From the IMG/VR virus record IMGVR_UViG_3300045988_089740: 64,000 nucleotides of DNA; one strand, given 5' to 3'. Position numbers and translations under genes: made by a program. Shown piece after piece: positions 53,405 through 63,026 of this stretch; the stretch's first letter is position 1; each line of letters begins with the position of its first letter. The notes beneath the pieces were generated by a model that did no database searches, was not told the DNA's origin, and worked only from the letters and a program-made list of their open reading frames with translations. The DNA comes from a virus.

Positions 53405-54235
53405 TTACTTCTGATATGATATTAAATCTGTAGTATATTCACCTTCATATTCAGCCAACGGTCTGATTGTTAATGCGAAATCTACTTTTGATATTTCAGA
53501 AATCTCGTTCATTGAAAGGAAATCGTCAGTTGGAGTTAAGGTTATAATTGTTTTACAATTATTCAGCAAATATTTGTTGCACAGTTCATAATTCACATCG
53601 GAAGTTGTAAAGTCATTATAAGTTTCAGAAACTACATCGTAAACAAAATACTGACCAGTTGTATTCGTGATGCAAAACGTGAAACTGTTCTCTTTTGATG
53701 ATACAAAATCAACGCTAATACCATCTTTATCATATATGTTTTGAACGTTACTTAACACAGGTGAAGATGTTTCCGTGGCTCCAGTTACATCAACATGCAC
53801 CTGACCACTATCGAAAGCTTTAAAGCTTTTTGAATTATCATAAGCCCACAGCAAAATATCGAAGCTGCTCAATTCATCCATTTGATAATCTTTATAAAAA
53901 TTGGTTTTTTCCCAAGCACTGGTAAGTTCTATAGTAGAATTTGCTTTTTTACCTGGTGCAACATCGGCAGAATTAAGACCATATTGGTCACCACCAGCCA
54001 TGATGCCGTTTATGGCATATGCGTAAGGTGCAATACCTAAATTCAGATCAGAATTGTTTTCGATATACAAACCAATGGTTCCTTTTGATGGCGACTCTGT
54101 TAAGCCTTTTGTTTCGACGTGTACTCCGTTTTCATCATATAAAACAAAGTCTTCTGCAAACGTCGGGATAGAAGTGGATGAAACCAAAATGCTTGTGACA
54201 CCAAGTGCCACTAATAATTTTAAATGCTTTTTCAT
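53405..54235 (-). CDS. secreted hypothetical protein
   Basis: Signal peptide MKKHLKLLVALGVTSILVSSTSIPTFA; beta-rich. Confidence 0.6.
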   Translation of the reverse strand: MKKHLKLLVALGVTSILVSSTSIPTFAEDFVLYDENGVHVETKGLTESPSKGTIGLYIENNSDLNLGIAPYAYAINGIMAGGDQYGLNSADVAPGKKANSTIELTSAWEKTNFYKDYQMDELSSFDILLWAYDNSKSFKAFDSGQVHVDVTGATETSSPVLSNVQNIYDKDGISVDFVSSKENSFTFCITNTTGQYFVYDVVSETYNDFTTSDVNYELCNKYLLNNCKTIITLTPTDDFLSMNEISEISKVDFALTIRPLAEYEGEYTTDLISYQK

Positions 54236-54325
54236 AGTAAATCCTCCTTAGTAAAATTTGTATATATTATATCATTTAAAGCACAAGTAGCATAGTGAAA
54301 TATAATAAAATTCGAGGTGTTATCA

Positions 54326-54706
54326 ATGAAAACATTCAAACAAATTCTAGCCATTATCGGAATTATATTATACGTCAATTACATCATCAGTTCACCGGTA
54401 TGCGTAGAAGAATATGCAAACAGAGGTACTAGCATTTGTTCCGAACAACATATGCACAGACAACCAACAGTCAAAAGAAATGTCACGAAACAGATGCAGC
54501 ATATTCCTATGCTTGTATTTTATTTTGCTCCAAAGAGGAATGATTTTACCTTTGCTATCACGAATAATTTCTATGCAATTGTAAATATTCCGGTATACCA
54601 TTGGCAATTACCTCGTGGAAATATCATTTCATCCCACTTATTCCGTTTTATTAGACATATTATAGGATATAATGCAAACATAAGTTTGTGGTATGCCATC
54701 TGCTAA
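54326..54706 (+). CDS. hypothetical membrane-anchored protein
   Basis: SD GAGGTG then ATG 54326; N-terminal TM; odd composition, AT-rich region. Confidence 0.35.
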   Translation: MKTFKQILAIIGIILYVNYIISSPVCVEEYANRGTSICSEQHMHRQPTVKRNVTKQMQHIPMLVFYFAPKRNDFTFAITNNFYAIVNIPVYHWQLPRGNIISSHLFRFIRHIIGYNANISLWYAIC

Positions 54707-54757
54707 TCGAACATATACTTTAATGTAGACAGTAGTTTGCAAACGGAGAGGGTTTTT

Positions 54758-54874
54758 ATGGATTATAAGAAAGAGATTATTGAAATGATACAAAAAATAC
54801 ATAATGAATCAATAATAAAGTTTATTTATGGATGCGTAAAAAGAGCATATGACGAAGAAAGGGCAGGAAGATAA
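54758..54874 (+). CDS. 38-aa hypothetical protein
   Basis: SD GGAGAGGG then ATG 54758; convergent with repressor gene, shared hairpin. Confidence 0.35.
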   Translation: MDYKKEIIEMIQKIHNESIIKFIYGCVKRAYDEERAGR

Positions 54875-54890
54875 TTCCCGCCCTTGCATC

Positions 54891-55259
54891 TTAAAAAACA
54901 AATTTTTCAAAAAAATCACACAGCAAATCTTTTTTATCGGGTGGCAGATTATCGTATTCAAGAATAATTCTTTTGAAACGAGGGTCTGACTGCTCGATTT
55001 TTGTAATCACATCTCCGAATTCAATATCAGGATCGTGATTCTCTTTCATATCTGTTAAATCTGACATTCCTATACGGAAATAATCTGCTAAAGCCCTAAT
55101 CTTTCCAGTACCTGGCATAGAATTACCTTTGCACCACATATTAAATGTAGACGTGTTTGCACCAATAGCTTCAGCAACTTCTTTTTGCTGTTTTCCACTT
55201 TTCAAAATATACCTATTAAGGTTGTTTGAAAATATCCTCTTTTGTTCTTCGTCTGTCAT
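54891..55259 (-). CDS. cI-like XRE-family repressor
   Basis: HTH_3 pattern NLNRYILKSGKQQKEVAEAIGANTSTFNMWCKG; divergent from cro-like gene. Confidence 0.8.
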   Translation of the reverse strand: MTDEEQKRIFSNNLNRYILKSGKQQKEVAEAIGANTSTFNMWCKGNSMPGTGKIRALADYFRIGMSDLTDMKENHDPDIEFGDVITKIEQSDPRFKRIILEYDNLPPDKKDLLCDFFEKFVF

Positions 55260-55307
55260 AATTCTATTATCCTCCTCATACCTAGTATTTTACACCATAA
55301 TTAAATT

Positions 55308-55374
55308 AAATTCAATAGCAAATTCAATTAATTTGAATTTTGGTGTTGACAATTCAATTTGATTGAATTATAAT
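55308..55374. promoter_or_regulatory. lysis-lysogeny switch: operators and PR-like promoter
   Basis: AAATTCAA-N5-TTGAATTT 55320-55340; AATTCAA-N5-TTGAATT 55351-55369 between TTGACA 55346-55351 and TATAAT 55369-55374; half-site 55308-55316. Confidence 0.65.
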
Positions 55375-55405
55375 AAGTCCATGAGTTAAGAAAGGAGATG
55401 AGCAA

Positions 55406-55609
55406 ATGCCAAAAATTTCGTTAGAAGCAGTTCGTGTTAATGCTGGATACAATCAGAAAGAATGGGCTGAAATATTCGGTATTTCCAATGTCACAGTGGT
55501 TAACTGGGAGAAAGGAAAAACTGAACCTACATTATCTCAGCTCAGAAAAATGAGTGAACTTTCTGGAATCCCTATGGATTTTATTTTTGTGCCTAATAAA
55601 TTCAATTAA
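55406..55609 (+). CDS. Cro-like XRE HTH protein
   Basis: GYNQKEWAEIFGISNVTVVNWEKGKTEP. Confidence 0.75.
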   Translation: MPKISLEAVRVNAGYNQKEWAEIFGISNVTVVNWEKGKTEPTLSQLRKMSELSGIPMDFIFVPNKFN

Positions 55610-55617
55610 ATTGAATT
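55598..55617. promoter_or_regulatory. fourth operator between cro and antirepressor gene
   Basis: AAATTCAA-TTAAA-TTGAATT overlapping cro stop codon. Confidence 0.5.
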
Positions 55618-55630
55618 AGAAAGGAGCAGT

Positions 55631-56353
55631 ATGAACGAATTACATATTTTCAATTCAGAGGAGTTCGGAGATATTCGAACAGTAACAATTGACAATGAAC
55701 CTTGGTTTGTTGGAAAGGATGTAGCAACAGCATTGGGATATAAAAATACCGCTGATGCTATTGGAAAGCATATAGATACTGACGATAAGCTGACATCGCA
55801 AATCGCGATTGCAGGTCAGAGAAGAGACGTAGTAGTAATCAACGAATCCGGATTATACGCTTTAATCCTCGGGAGCAAGCTTGAATCAGCTAAGAGATTC
55901 AAACGTTGGGTAACAAGTGAGGTTCTTCCAGCAATCCGTAAGACAGGTTCTTATCAGAAACCAATGACCACAGCAGAGCAGATTCAGTTGTTGGCACAGG
56001 GAAACATCGAGCTTAAAGAAAAGATTGATGCTGTCAATGATGACTTGCAGGAGTTCAAAAGAGACATGCCTTTACTTGCACTGGAATGTCAGAAAATCAC
56101 AAAGGCAAAGAACCAGAAAGTAGTTCCGATACTGGGTGGAAAGAATGCACCGGCATACAAAGATAATTCATTGCGTCAGCTCGTGTACAGTGATATTGAC
56201 GCGCAGCTTCGCAGGGAATTTGGCGTGAATACCTACAAGGCAATCAAGAGAAACCAGTGCGATATGGCAATAAAAATCATAAACGAATATGAGCTGCCGA
56301 TGTATTTGAAAGATCGCATTGATGATGCGAATGCTCAGAGTAGTTTCTTATGA
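55631..56353 (+). CDS. BRO-N / ORF6C-type antirepressor-like protein
   Basis: FGDIRTVTIDNEPWFVGKDVATALGY (Bro-N); C-terminal ORF6C-like segment. Confidence 0.7.
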   Translation: MNELHIFNSEEFGDIRTVTIDNEPWFVGKDVATALGYKNTADAIGKHIDTDDKLTSQIAIAGQRRDVVVINESGLYALILGSKLESAKRFKRWVTSEVLPAIRKTGSYQKPMTTAEQIQLLAQGNIELKEKIDAVNDDLQEFKRDMPLLALECQKITKAKNQKVVPILGGKNAPAYKDNSLRQLVYSDIDAQLRREFGVNTYKAIKRNQCDMAIKIINEYELPMYLKDRIDDANAQSSFL

Positions 56354-56368
56354 GAAAGAGAGAAGATT

Positions 56369-56740
56369 ATGAAAAGTATTGAAAGTTATATGTTTTATGG
56401 CGATAACGCAGAAGTATTTCGACCACTTATCGGATTTAAAATCGAGGACATAGAATTCACAAATACGAATGAAGAAAAAGAACCGGTAATTATTCTTGGT
56501 TGTGTCAATGAACACCATGTAAGAATAGATCTCCTGCTTCAGGAAGATGGAGTATTTATTTCCGAACCATATGCGGTTAATGAAGATCTCAGTGCTATTC
56601 GTTCAGAAAATCCTTCTGTGAGCAGAAAGAAAGCAACGCACACGGGAAAAATTGGAGAGAAAACAATTTCCGAATGCGTTGCAAGTGGAATTAATTCTGC
56701 TGTTCAGAACTCCATTCGTGATATTGACGAAGAAGATTAA
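56369..56740 (+). CDS. hypothetical protein
   Basis: ORF in early operon. Confidence 0.5.
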   Translation: MKSIESYMFYGDNAEVFRPLIGFKIEDIEFTNTNEEKEPVIILGCVNEHHVRIDLLLQEDGVFISEPYAVNEDLSAIRSENPSVSRKKATHTGKIGEKTISECVASGINSAVQNSIRDIDEED

Positions 56741-56759
56741 TTGTAAAGGAGCGAATTTT

Positions 56760-56879
56760 ATGAGTAAAAAAAAGAAAAAGAAAAAGGCTTCTAAGATGGT
56801 ACGAACATCAAAGAAACCTATTTCCTTAACATGTTTGATTAATAAGAAACCTATTTGCCAGATGGATATTTTTCGTTGA
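56760..56879 (+). CDS. 39-aa Lys-rich ORF
   Basis: SD AAGGAG then ATG 56760; poly-Lys from A-run; overlaps convergent gene end. Confidence 0.3.
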   Translation: MSKKKKKKKASKMVRTSKKPISLTCLINKKPICQMDIFR

Positions 56880-57039
56880 ATGCTTCTAACGCAGATTCAT
56901 AAGCGTTCATGTATTCTTCGAAATAATCGACAGTGACATGGACTTTGCCTGAATCAATTTGAGCTTGACGTTTTAAATGGCACGCGTCAATGCAAACTGC
57001 AACGGCTAAATCATGTGCACGTTTTTCATTATCGGTCAT
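56851..57039 (-). CDS. hypothetical protein, 62 aa
   Basis: Minus-strand SD GGGAGGTG then ATG 57039. Confidence 0.5.
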   Translation of the reverse strand: MTDNEKRAHDLAVAVCIDACHLKRQAQIDSGKVHVTVDYFEEYMNAYESALEAFNEKYPSGK

Positions 57040-57128
57040 TTTTACACCTCCCTTCGGAGAATATTATATCACATCGCAAAAAGGAAATGGCAAACTAAAA
57101 AAAGAAACAATCAGGAGGTAAAAATCAG

Positions 57129-57305
57129 ATGATTAAATGCGAAAAAGGAAACGTATCAATCAACGGTGCGGGAAATGAAGTTATCCATGATCTTTCGGAA
57201 ATCGTATCTCGTACCTACAGTTCCTTTTCCAAAGCGTTCGGAGAGGAAAAAACAAAACAGATGATTTTTAAGGCGGTAAACGCCGGGATGGGAGCGAACA
57301 AATGA
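57129..57305 (+). CDS. 58-aa hypothetical protein
   Basis: SD AGGAGG then ATG 57129; ATGA coupling to next gene. Confidence 0.4.
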   Translation: MIKCEKGNVSINGAGNEVIHDLSEIVSRTYSSFSKAFGEEKTKQMIFKAVNAGMGANK

Positions 57306-57604
57306 CAAAAGCAGAGAAATTTAACCTTTATGCTGATACCTTATACGGAATGTGCCGGAAAGCACAGGACGCAGTTCCAGAAGCGCTTGTGTGTTTTGAA
57401 TGTAAGGTTTTCAGCAGTGAAAAGTTGGGGACATATCGTGCAATATGCGTCGGTATCAAAACGTCTGGTGGAAGCAGAAAATATTACGATGTGTGCGAAG
57501 CATTACATGATATGGAGGAAAACTTTGAATCCGTAAAGACAATACTGAACAACCTGTTACTTGATGCTCCGTGTCCGTACTGCGAAAAGGAGAAAGAAAA
57601 TTGA
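57302..57604 (+). CDS. hypothetical Cys-containing protein
   Basis: ORF track; CFECKV..CPYC. Confidence 0.5.
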   Translation: MTKAEKFNLYADTLYGMCRKAQDAVPEALVCFECKVFSSEKLGTYRAICVGIKTSGGSRKYYDVCEALHDMEENFESVKTILNNLLLDAPCPYCEKEKEN

Positions 57605-57765
57605 TGGCTGTAGAAAAAGAAAGCTCCGTGGATTTTATCCCGGAGACCGTTGAAGAAGAATATGCCATGCTGGCAGGCAGATTGAAAGCTGTTGAAGCTT
57701 ATCTTGATGCTTCAGATAGCGATTACGTAGACAAAAACGTTCTGGCTGCCATGTTAGGCATTTAA
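57604..57765 (+). CDS. 53-aa acidic protein
   Basis: ATG 57604 overlapping upstream stop. Confidence 0.4.
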   Translation: MAVEKESSVDFIPETVEEEYAMLAGRLKAVEAYLDASDSDYVDKNVLAAMLGI

Positions 57766-57899
57766 GTTGTAAGCAGCCCCGGCGGTGCAGGAACACCAAC
57801 CGGAGCACGTATCTAACTTAGCTTGAGTAAGTTAAATACAGGTTGATTATATCACACCTTCCTGTATTTGACAAATAAAAACACAGGAGGGCATTTTTA

Positions 57900-58046
57900 A
57901 TGTCTAAAATCACTAAGGAAACTGGCAAAACACTTGCTTCTGAGATCATCAAAGATCTTGAGAAGGAAGCAAGGAACAAAGATCTGGCAATCATTGCTCT
58001 GCTGACTACAGTGCTGGCAATGGGATTGCTGGGGAAAGGAAAATAA
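57900..58046 (+). CDS. 48-aa C-terminal-TM protein
   Basis: SD AGGAGGG then ATG 57900. Confidence 0.4.
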   Translation: MSKITKETGKTLASEIIKDLEKEARNKDLAIIALLTTVLAMGLLGKGK

Positions 58047-58297
58047 TGAGAACTTACTTAGAGGGGCTTGCAGTGTTCGGAGTTTCTGGTCTGGCTATCG
58101 TGTTCTTTGCCGTATGCTGGGCTGTGACTGATTTAGACGCACTCACAATTCTGGCGTTGGATTACATCTTAATGAGTACAGTCGGGATGGCGGTGATGCT
58201 AAAAATCAATGACTTCGTACATGACATTAAAAGGAAGGAAAAAGAAAACAAAAATGCAAGATTTAAACAGAGCAACACTGACCGGATTCGTAACTGA
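58046..58297 (+). CDS. small two-TM membrane protein
   Basis: TAATG overlap; hydrophobic. Confidence 0.5.
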   Translation: MRTYLEGLAVFGVSGLAIVFFAVCWAVTDLDALTILALDYILMSTVGMAVMLKINDFVHDIKRKEKENKNARFKQSNTDRIRN

Positions 58298-58877
58298 TTC
58301 GGCAGAAGTCAAATTTAAGCCAAGAAAGGGAAAGAGCTTTTTAGTCGTCAGAAGTGACCGCTTCAGTGGAACACCAGACGATATCATTGTTGAGATCCCG
58401 AACAGACTCAAAGGTACGTTCCGGGAATGGAATTGGATAAAGGTTTCGGGAAGAATCCGTTCTAAATGGGTCAGAGCAGACCACCAAGAGAAAAAGTATA
58501 TGTATCTGGAAGCATATGATGTCAGCACGGAAGGAACGCTTCTTGTGAATACAGTAGAAATGACTGCGAATATTTGCAAGAAGCCGGTGCTGAGAGAAAC
58601 GCCGTTAGGAAAAACAATCTGCGAAGTTTGCGTGGCAATCAATGGATACAGACGTTCAGAATATATCTCCTGTATTTCTTGGAGAGACTTGGCGGTGAAA
58701 GCTTCTGAATGGAAAGTAGGGACAAAAGTTAGATTAAAGGGACGTATGCAGAGCCGTGACTATTGGAAGAAGCAGTCAGATGGTTCTTATGTTAGAAAAA
58801 CAGCATACGAAGTTTCAGTAATAGAGATGGAGGAAATCAAAGATGAAAAAGGTAACTTTGAAAAAACTGAGCGTTGA
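58254..58877 (+). CDS. tandem OB-fold ssDNA-binding-like protein
   Basis: MQDLNRATLTGFV..(SSB-like start) and a second ..NTVEMTANICKKPVLRETP.. OB-like repeat. Confidence 0.5.
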   Translation: MQDLNRATLTGFVTDSAEVKFKPRKGKSFLVVRSDRFSGTPDDIIVEIPNRLKGTFREWNWIKVSGRIRSKWVRADHQEKKYMYLEAYDVSTEGTLLVNTVEMTANICKKPVLRETPLGKTICEVCVAINGYRRSEYISCISWRDLAVKASEWKVGTKVRLKGRMQSRDYWKKQSDGSYVRKTAYEVSVIEMEEIKDEKGNFEKTER

Positions 58878-60837
58878 AAATTATAAGAAATTTGAAGCAA
58901 AAGAATTTGATTTCACAGGAAGAACAGAAGTTTCCGGAAGAAACAGACAGGGTAAAACTTCTCTGATGGACGCATATTTTGATGTTCTGACCGGGAAGCT
59001 GGCAGATGGAACGCTTCCGAACAATATCCGCCGGAAGGTTGACGGTGAAGAAGTTGACGATCCAGTGGTGAGAGAACTGGTTATTGACGTTGACGGAACA
59101 GAATATGTTATCCAGAAAAAGACAAAGAAAGGAAAATCATCAAATACGGTTGAATATTACGTCAACGGAATTAAGCGGAACAAAACAGAGTATATGGAGA
59201 TTCTTAAAAGGATTGCCGATCCTGATACGATTGCTATGTGCAGCAACGCCAGAGTGTTTTTGAATGAAATCCAGAAAGCAACAGCAAAAGCAAGGGAAAC
59301 ACTGGGAGGAATAGCAGGATTCAGTGAAACACAGTTCAGAGCAGAGCATCCGGAATATGAATGGATAAAGAATGAAGGTGTGGAAGGAGATTCTATTGAA
59401 GAGATCTTAAAGGCCCGCAGAAGAGAACTGAGAAAAGCTAAGTCAGATGTTTATGATATCGCAAAGCAGATCAGAAAAGAGCAGGGCCGACAGGTTGAGT
59501 GTGATGAAACACTTCCGGCGCAGAGGGACGAACTTCTTGATCTGTTGAAAGAAAACGAGAAGCAGGAAAAAGCACTCTGCGATGCTTCAAAGGAATACGA
59601 CCGGATTTCTATTGAACTGGCAGGGCTGAAGCGTTCACGTGACGCACTGGTTGAGAAAGCTGGTAAAACAGTCAGAGAAAAACACGACAGAATAACTTCC
59701 TTATTATATATGCTGAAATCCGACAAGAAAAACGCCGAGAACAAATTAAGGCTTGCTGAAATGGATCTGGAACACGCCAACAAAGGAATTGAACGCCACA
59801 AAGCAGCATTGGCACAGGCTAAAAAGAAATATACGGAAGCGTTAAAAGAGAAGTGGGACGGCGATACCGAACTTACTGCAATCCGTGGAGCAGAGTTTGA
59901 TCTGGCAGCAGCTATTTGCCCGACATGCGGACAGGCACTTCCAGAAGAACAGGTAGAAACTGCGAAACGCAAGTTTGAGTTTAATAAGCAGTCCAGAATT
60001 GCTAAAAAGTTAGAAGAGAAAGAGCAGTTCGAGAAAAATAAACGCACCAAGTTGGAACGGATCACTGAGGACGGCAACGAAGCTTCCGAGGGACTGAAAA
60101 CGGCGAATAAAACTAAGAAAGAAGCAGAAGCAGCTATTGAAGATACAAAGAAAAAGCTTGCATCTCTGGCACTTGAAATCGCAGAAACGGAAAAGGAAGC
60201 AGAGAAACCGATTCCAGAACCGGATATGTCTGGCGATGAAGAATACAAGGCAGTTTGCGACAAAATCTCAGCACTGGAAGAAAGTCTCAATGGCATCGGA
60301 AACGGTGAAAATGACAGGATTTTATTAAGCAACAACAGTCATTCTCTGGAAGTAAAACTCAGAGATGTTGAAGCAAAGATTAAGACTCAGACCGCAAGGC
60401 TTGAGGAAAAAGCCAACAACCTTGAAGCGTTGCAGGAAGAACAGAAAAAGTTTTCACAGAAGCAGGCGAACATTCAGCAGAAAGTAGATCAGCTGACCGA
60501 GTATTCCATTGAGAAGAATAAGGCACTGGCAGCAGTGATTAATCCGCACTTCAAACATTTTCAGTTCCAGTTCCTTGATTACACGCAGGATGGAGAACCG
60601 TTGGAAACTTGCCGGATGATCTGCAACGGTATTGATTATGCAAACGGCCTGAACCATAGCGACCGGATTCTTTGCGACATTGACCTTGTGATGGGATTGC
60701 AGGAGATGAACGACTTACGACTTCCGGTTTGGGTTGATGATACCGAAAGCGTAAATTCGGACAGGATTCCAGGTTTAGATACACAGATGATCCTGTTGAA
60801 AGTTTCGGACGGGGAGTTAAGTGTGAAAAATATTTAA
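58843..60837 (+). CDS. Rad50/SbcC-like AAA ATPase
   Basis: Walker A GRNRQGKTS, long coiled coil with CPTCGQ zinc-hook-like motif, C-terminal LPVWVDDTES Walker B-like. Confidence 0.75.
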   Translation: MKKVTLKKLSVENYKKFEAKEFDFTGRTEVSGRNRQGKTSLMDAYFDVLTGKLADGTLPNNIRRKVDGEEVDDPVVRELVIDVDGTEYVIQKKTKKGKSSNTVEYYVNGIKRNKTEYMEILKRIADPDTIAMCSNARVFLNEIQKATAKARETLGGIAGFSETQFRAEHPEYEWIKNEGVEGDSIEEILKARRRELRKAKSDVYDIAKQIRKEQGRQVECDETLPAQRDELLDLLKENEKQEKALCDASKEYDRISIELAGLKRSRDALVEKAGKTVREKHDRITSLLYMLKSDKKNAENKLRLAEMDLEHANKGIERHKAALAQAKKKYTEALKEKWDGDTELTAIRGAEFDLAAAICPTCGQALPEEQVETAKRKFEFNKQSRIAKKLEEKEQFEKNKRTKLERITEDGNEASEGLKTANKTKKEAEAAIEDTKKKLASLALEIAETEKEAEKPIPEPDMSGDEEYKAVCDKISALEESLNGIGNGENDRILLSNNSHSLEVKLRDVEAKIKTQTARLEEKANNLEALQEEQKKFSQKQANIQQKVDQLTEYSIEKNKALAAVINPHFKHFQFQFLDYTQDGEPLETCRMICNGIDYANGLNHSDRILCDIDLVMGLQEMNDLRLPVWVDDTESVNSDRIPGLDTQMILLKVSDGELSVKNI

Positions 60838-61058
60838 AAATAATTCGAACAGATTTGCAAAGGAAGAGCTTCGATAGGCGTAGCGGTGGAGGAGCTTAGC
60901 TAGGAACGGCAGCGGAATAGAAGCGCATTGATGAGAATCGCAATGGAAAATCAGAGAACGGCTGTGGAAGGGCAGGGCGAGGTGTAGCAATGTAACGGCA
61001 TAGAATCGAACAGCTAGGAAAAGCACCAAATACTATAAAAAAAGAGAGGTAAAAGAAA
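60838..61058 (+). repeat. purine-rich degenerate repeat tract (left)
   Basis: Strongly G+A-biased on + strand by eye; recurring words GCTAGGAA, AACGGC, CGCAATGGAA, GGCGAGG shared with right tract. Confidence 0.5.
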
Positions 61059-61655
61059 ATGAAAGAATTAAAGGTAAGATTAACATTTTTAGAGGAAATT
61101 TTAGGGACAGCAAGCGCAGACCCGGAAATTCATGAAAAGTTTATTGCTTCAAATGCACCAGATGCACCAACAAGAAAAGAAGAGGTGGAAGCTATTGGAG
61201 TAGAAGAAGTTGTGGAGAAATCCATGACAGTATTTCCGAGAGACAACGGAGTTCCAATTTACTGGGATTATCAGATCAAAGGCTTCTTCAAAGATGCTTG
61301 TGGTATGCTCAGAAAAGTCACCGGTTCAAAATCATCTAAAATCAAGGCTTATAAGAAAGAAATTGATGGTCTGATTTTTGTTGAAGAAAGAAAAATTCCG
61401 ATTCATTTTGACGGCGAAATGGGAACTTGTCAGAGACCATTAAGAGGGCAGACAGCACAGGGTGAAAGAATTGCATTGGCAAACAGTGAAAGCATTCCAG
61501 CTGGAAGTCATATTGAATTTACGATTAAATGTTTATGCGATAGTCATGAAGCTGTAGTAAGAGAATGGCTTGATTACGGGGAATTGAGAGGCATCGGACA
61601 GTGGAGAAATTCAGGCAAAGGTCGCTTCAAGTGGGAAGAGTTGAAAGTGAAATGA
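61059..61655 (+). CDS. hypothetical protein, 198 aa (recombination module)
   Basis: SD AGAGAGG; beta-rich, Gly loop GIGQWRNSGKGRF; no family recognised. Confidence 0.55.
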   Translation: MKELKVRLTFLEEILGTASADPEIHEKFIASNAPDAPTRKEEVEAIGVEEVVEKSMTVFPRDNGVPIYWDYQIKGFFKDACGMLRKVTGSKSSKIKAYKKEIDGLIFVEERKIPIHFDGEMGTCQRPLRGQTAQGERIALANSESIPAGSHIEFTIKCLCDSHEAVVREWLDYGELRGIGQWRNSGKGRFKWEELKVK

Positions 61656-62080
61656 TATGAAATGGAAAAGCATAGCCAAGACCTGATTGGAAAAGAGAAA
61701 ATAAACATAGCAAACGGAATAACAGTGCCGCAAGGCGCTTTACGAAGGTACTGAGTAGAGAAGAATTGAAGAGCTATGGAGAGGCTGAGCTACGAGGAGC
61801 AACGGAAGCGGGGCTGCGAATCGAATTGCAATGGAACAGCGCAGCTTGAATATGCGCTGCATTGAATAGAGAAGAATTTCAAAACATCGCAAAGGAATGG
61901 CAAAGAAAAGTATCGCAAAGGTAAGGCGAGGAAATGAAAAGCAAAGGCTAGGAACAGAATTGAGAAGATTGGCTAAGGCATTGCCTTGTGAGGAGGAGCG
62001 AAGCACAGAAACGCTATGGAAAAGTGTGGCAAAGCAACGAAAAGTGATAAAAATAAAATATTTCAAAAAGGAGAATTAAA
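61656..62080 (+). repeat. purine-rich degenerate repeat tract (right)
   Basis: Same word set as left tract (GCTAGGAA, ATTGCAATGGAA, ATCGCAAAGG x2, GGCGAGG). Confidence 0.5.
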
Positions 62081-63025
62081 ATGGCAAACAAAACACAGGT
62101 AGCAACAGTAGGAGAACAGCAGGCGGCAGTTGTGATTAACAATCAGTTTATTGACGGATTGACAAAACAGCTTGAAGAAAAATGTAAATATGGTCTTTCT
62201 TTTCCAAAAGACTACAATCTCAGCAATGCACTTATGGGAGCGTATTTGGTGCTCAAAGAAACAAAAGACAGGAATAACAAACCAATTCTGGAATCTTGTA
62301 GCCAGATTAGCATTGCAAACAGTCTTATGAACATGGCGACACTGGGACTTTCAGTGCAGAAGAAACAGGGATATTTCATCGCTTACAGCGGTCAGTGTCA
62401 GTTTCAGAGATCATATTTCGGAAACATGACGATTGCCAGAAGATACGGAATGAAAGATATTCACGCGGAGATCATCTACCAGGGAGATAAATTCAAATAT
62501 CATATTGAAGATGGAAATAAGGTTTTGGATTCTCACGAACAGGATTTTATGAACATTGATAATGAAAAAATCCTTGGAGCGTACGCAGTTGTGCTGATGG
62601 AAGATGGAACAAAGCATCTGGAAGTAATGAATATCAAACAGATTAAACAAGCTTGGTCGCAGGGGTTCGGATACAAGGAAAATGGGAATGGCACACACCA
62701 GAAATTCACCGATCAGATGGCAAAGAAAACCGTTGTCAATCGTGCCTTAAAGCAGATCATCAACACTCATGGTGATGTTTTTGTACAGGAAGCAGACAAT
62801 GATACAGAAACAGTTTCAAAAGATGACGCTTTTGCAGCTGATGTTGCATATGATATCGAAACACATGCTAACACCGAAGAATTTATCCCAGAGCCAATGC
62901 CAATCGAAGAACAGCCGAAGCATCCAACGGTTGCAGAAACCGTCCAGACGGTAGAGAAAGAACCGGTCCCGGCAGCAGGTAAAGAACCAGAGATTCCAGA
63001 TTTTATGAAGCAGGAGGAAATGTGA
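62081..63025 (+). CDS. recT: RecT-family single-strand annealing protein
   Basis: ..LGLSVQKKQGYFIAYSGQCQFQRSYFG..AYAVV..KFTDQMAKKTVVNRALK pattern of RecT. Confidence 0.8.
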   Translation: MANKTQVATVGEQQAAVVINNQFIDGLTKQLEEKCKYGLSFPKDYNLSNALMGAYLVLKETKDRNNKPILESCSQISIANSLMNMATLGLSVQKKQGYFIAYSGQCQFQRSYFGNMTIARRYGMKDIHAEIIYQGDKFKYHIEDGNKVLDSHEQDFMNIDNEKILGAYAVVLMEDGTKHLEVMNIKQIKQAWSQGFGYKENGNGTHQKFTDQMAKKTVVNRALKQIINTHGDVFVQEADNDTETVSKDDAFAADVAYDIETHANTEEFIPEPMPIEEQPKHPTVAETVQTVEKEPVPAAGKEPEIPDFMKQEEM

Positions 63026-63026
63026 T

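Noticed and set aside
54392-54607. 71-aa minus-strand ORF
   Set aside because: It overlaps a plus-strand ORF that has a good SD, and it has no signals of its own. Both are low confidence.
59451-60335. 294-aa Ser-rich minus-strand ORF
   Set aside because: It is the antisense shadow of the Glu/Lys-rich coiled coil of the Rad50-like ATPase.
61740-62079. ORFs 61740-62066(-) and 61897-62079(+)
   Set aside because: They are by-products of strand composition bias (a purine-rich tract). They have no SD and a low-complexity sequence.
60838-62080. CRISPR array or tandem repeat
   Set aside because: There is no regular repeat-spacer periodicity, only short degenerate words, and there are no cas genes.
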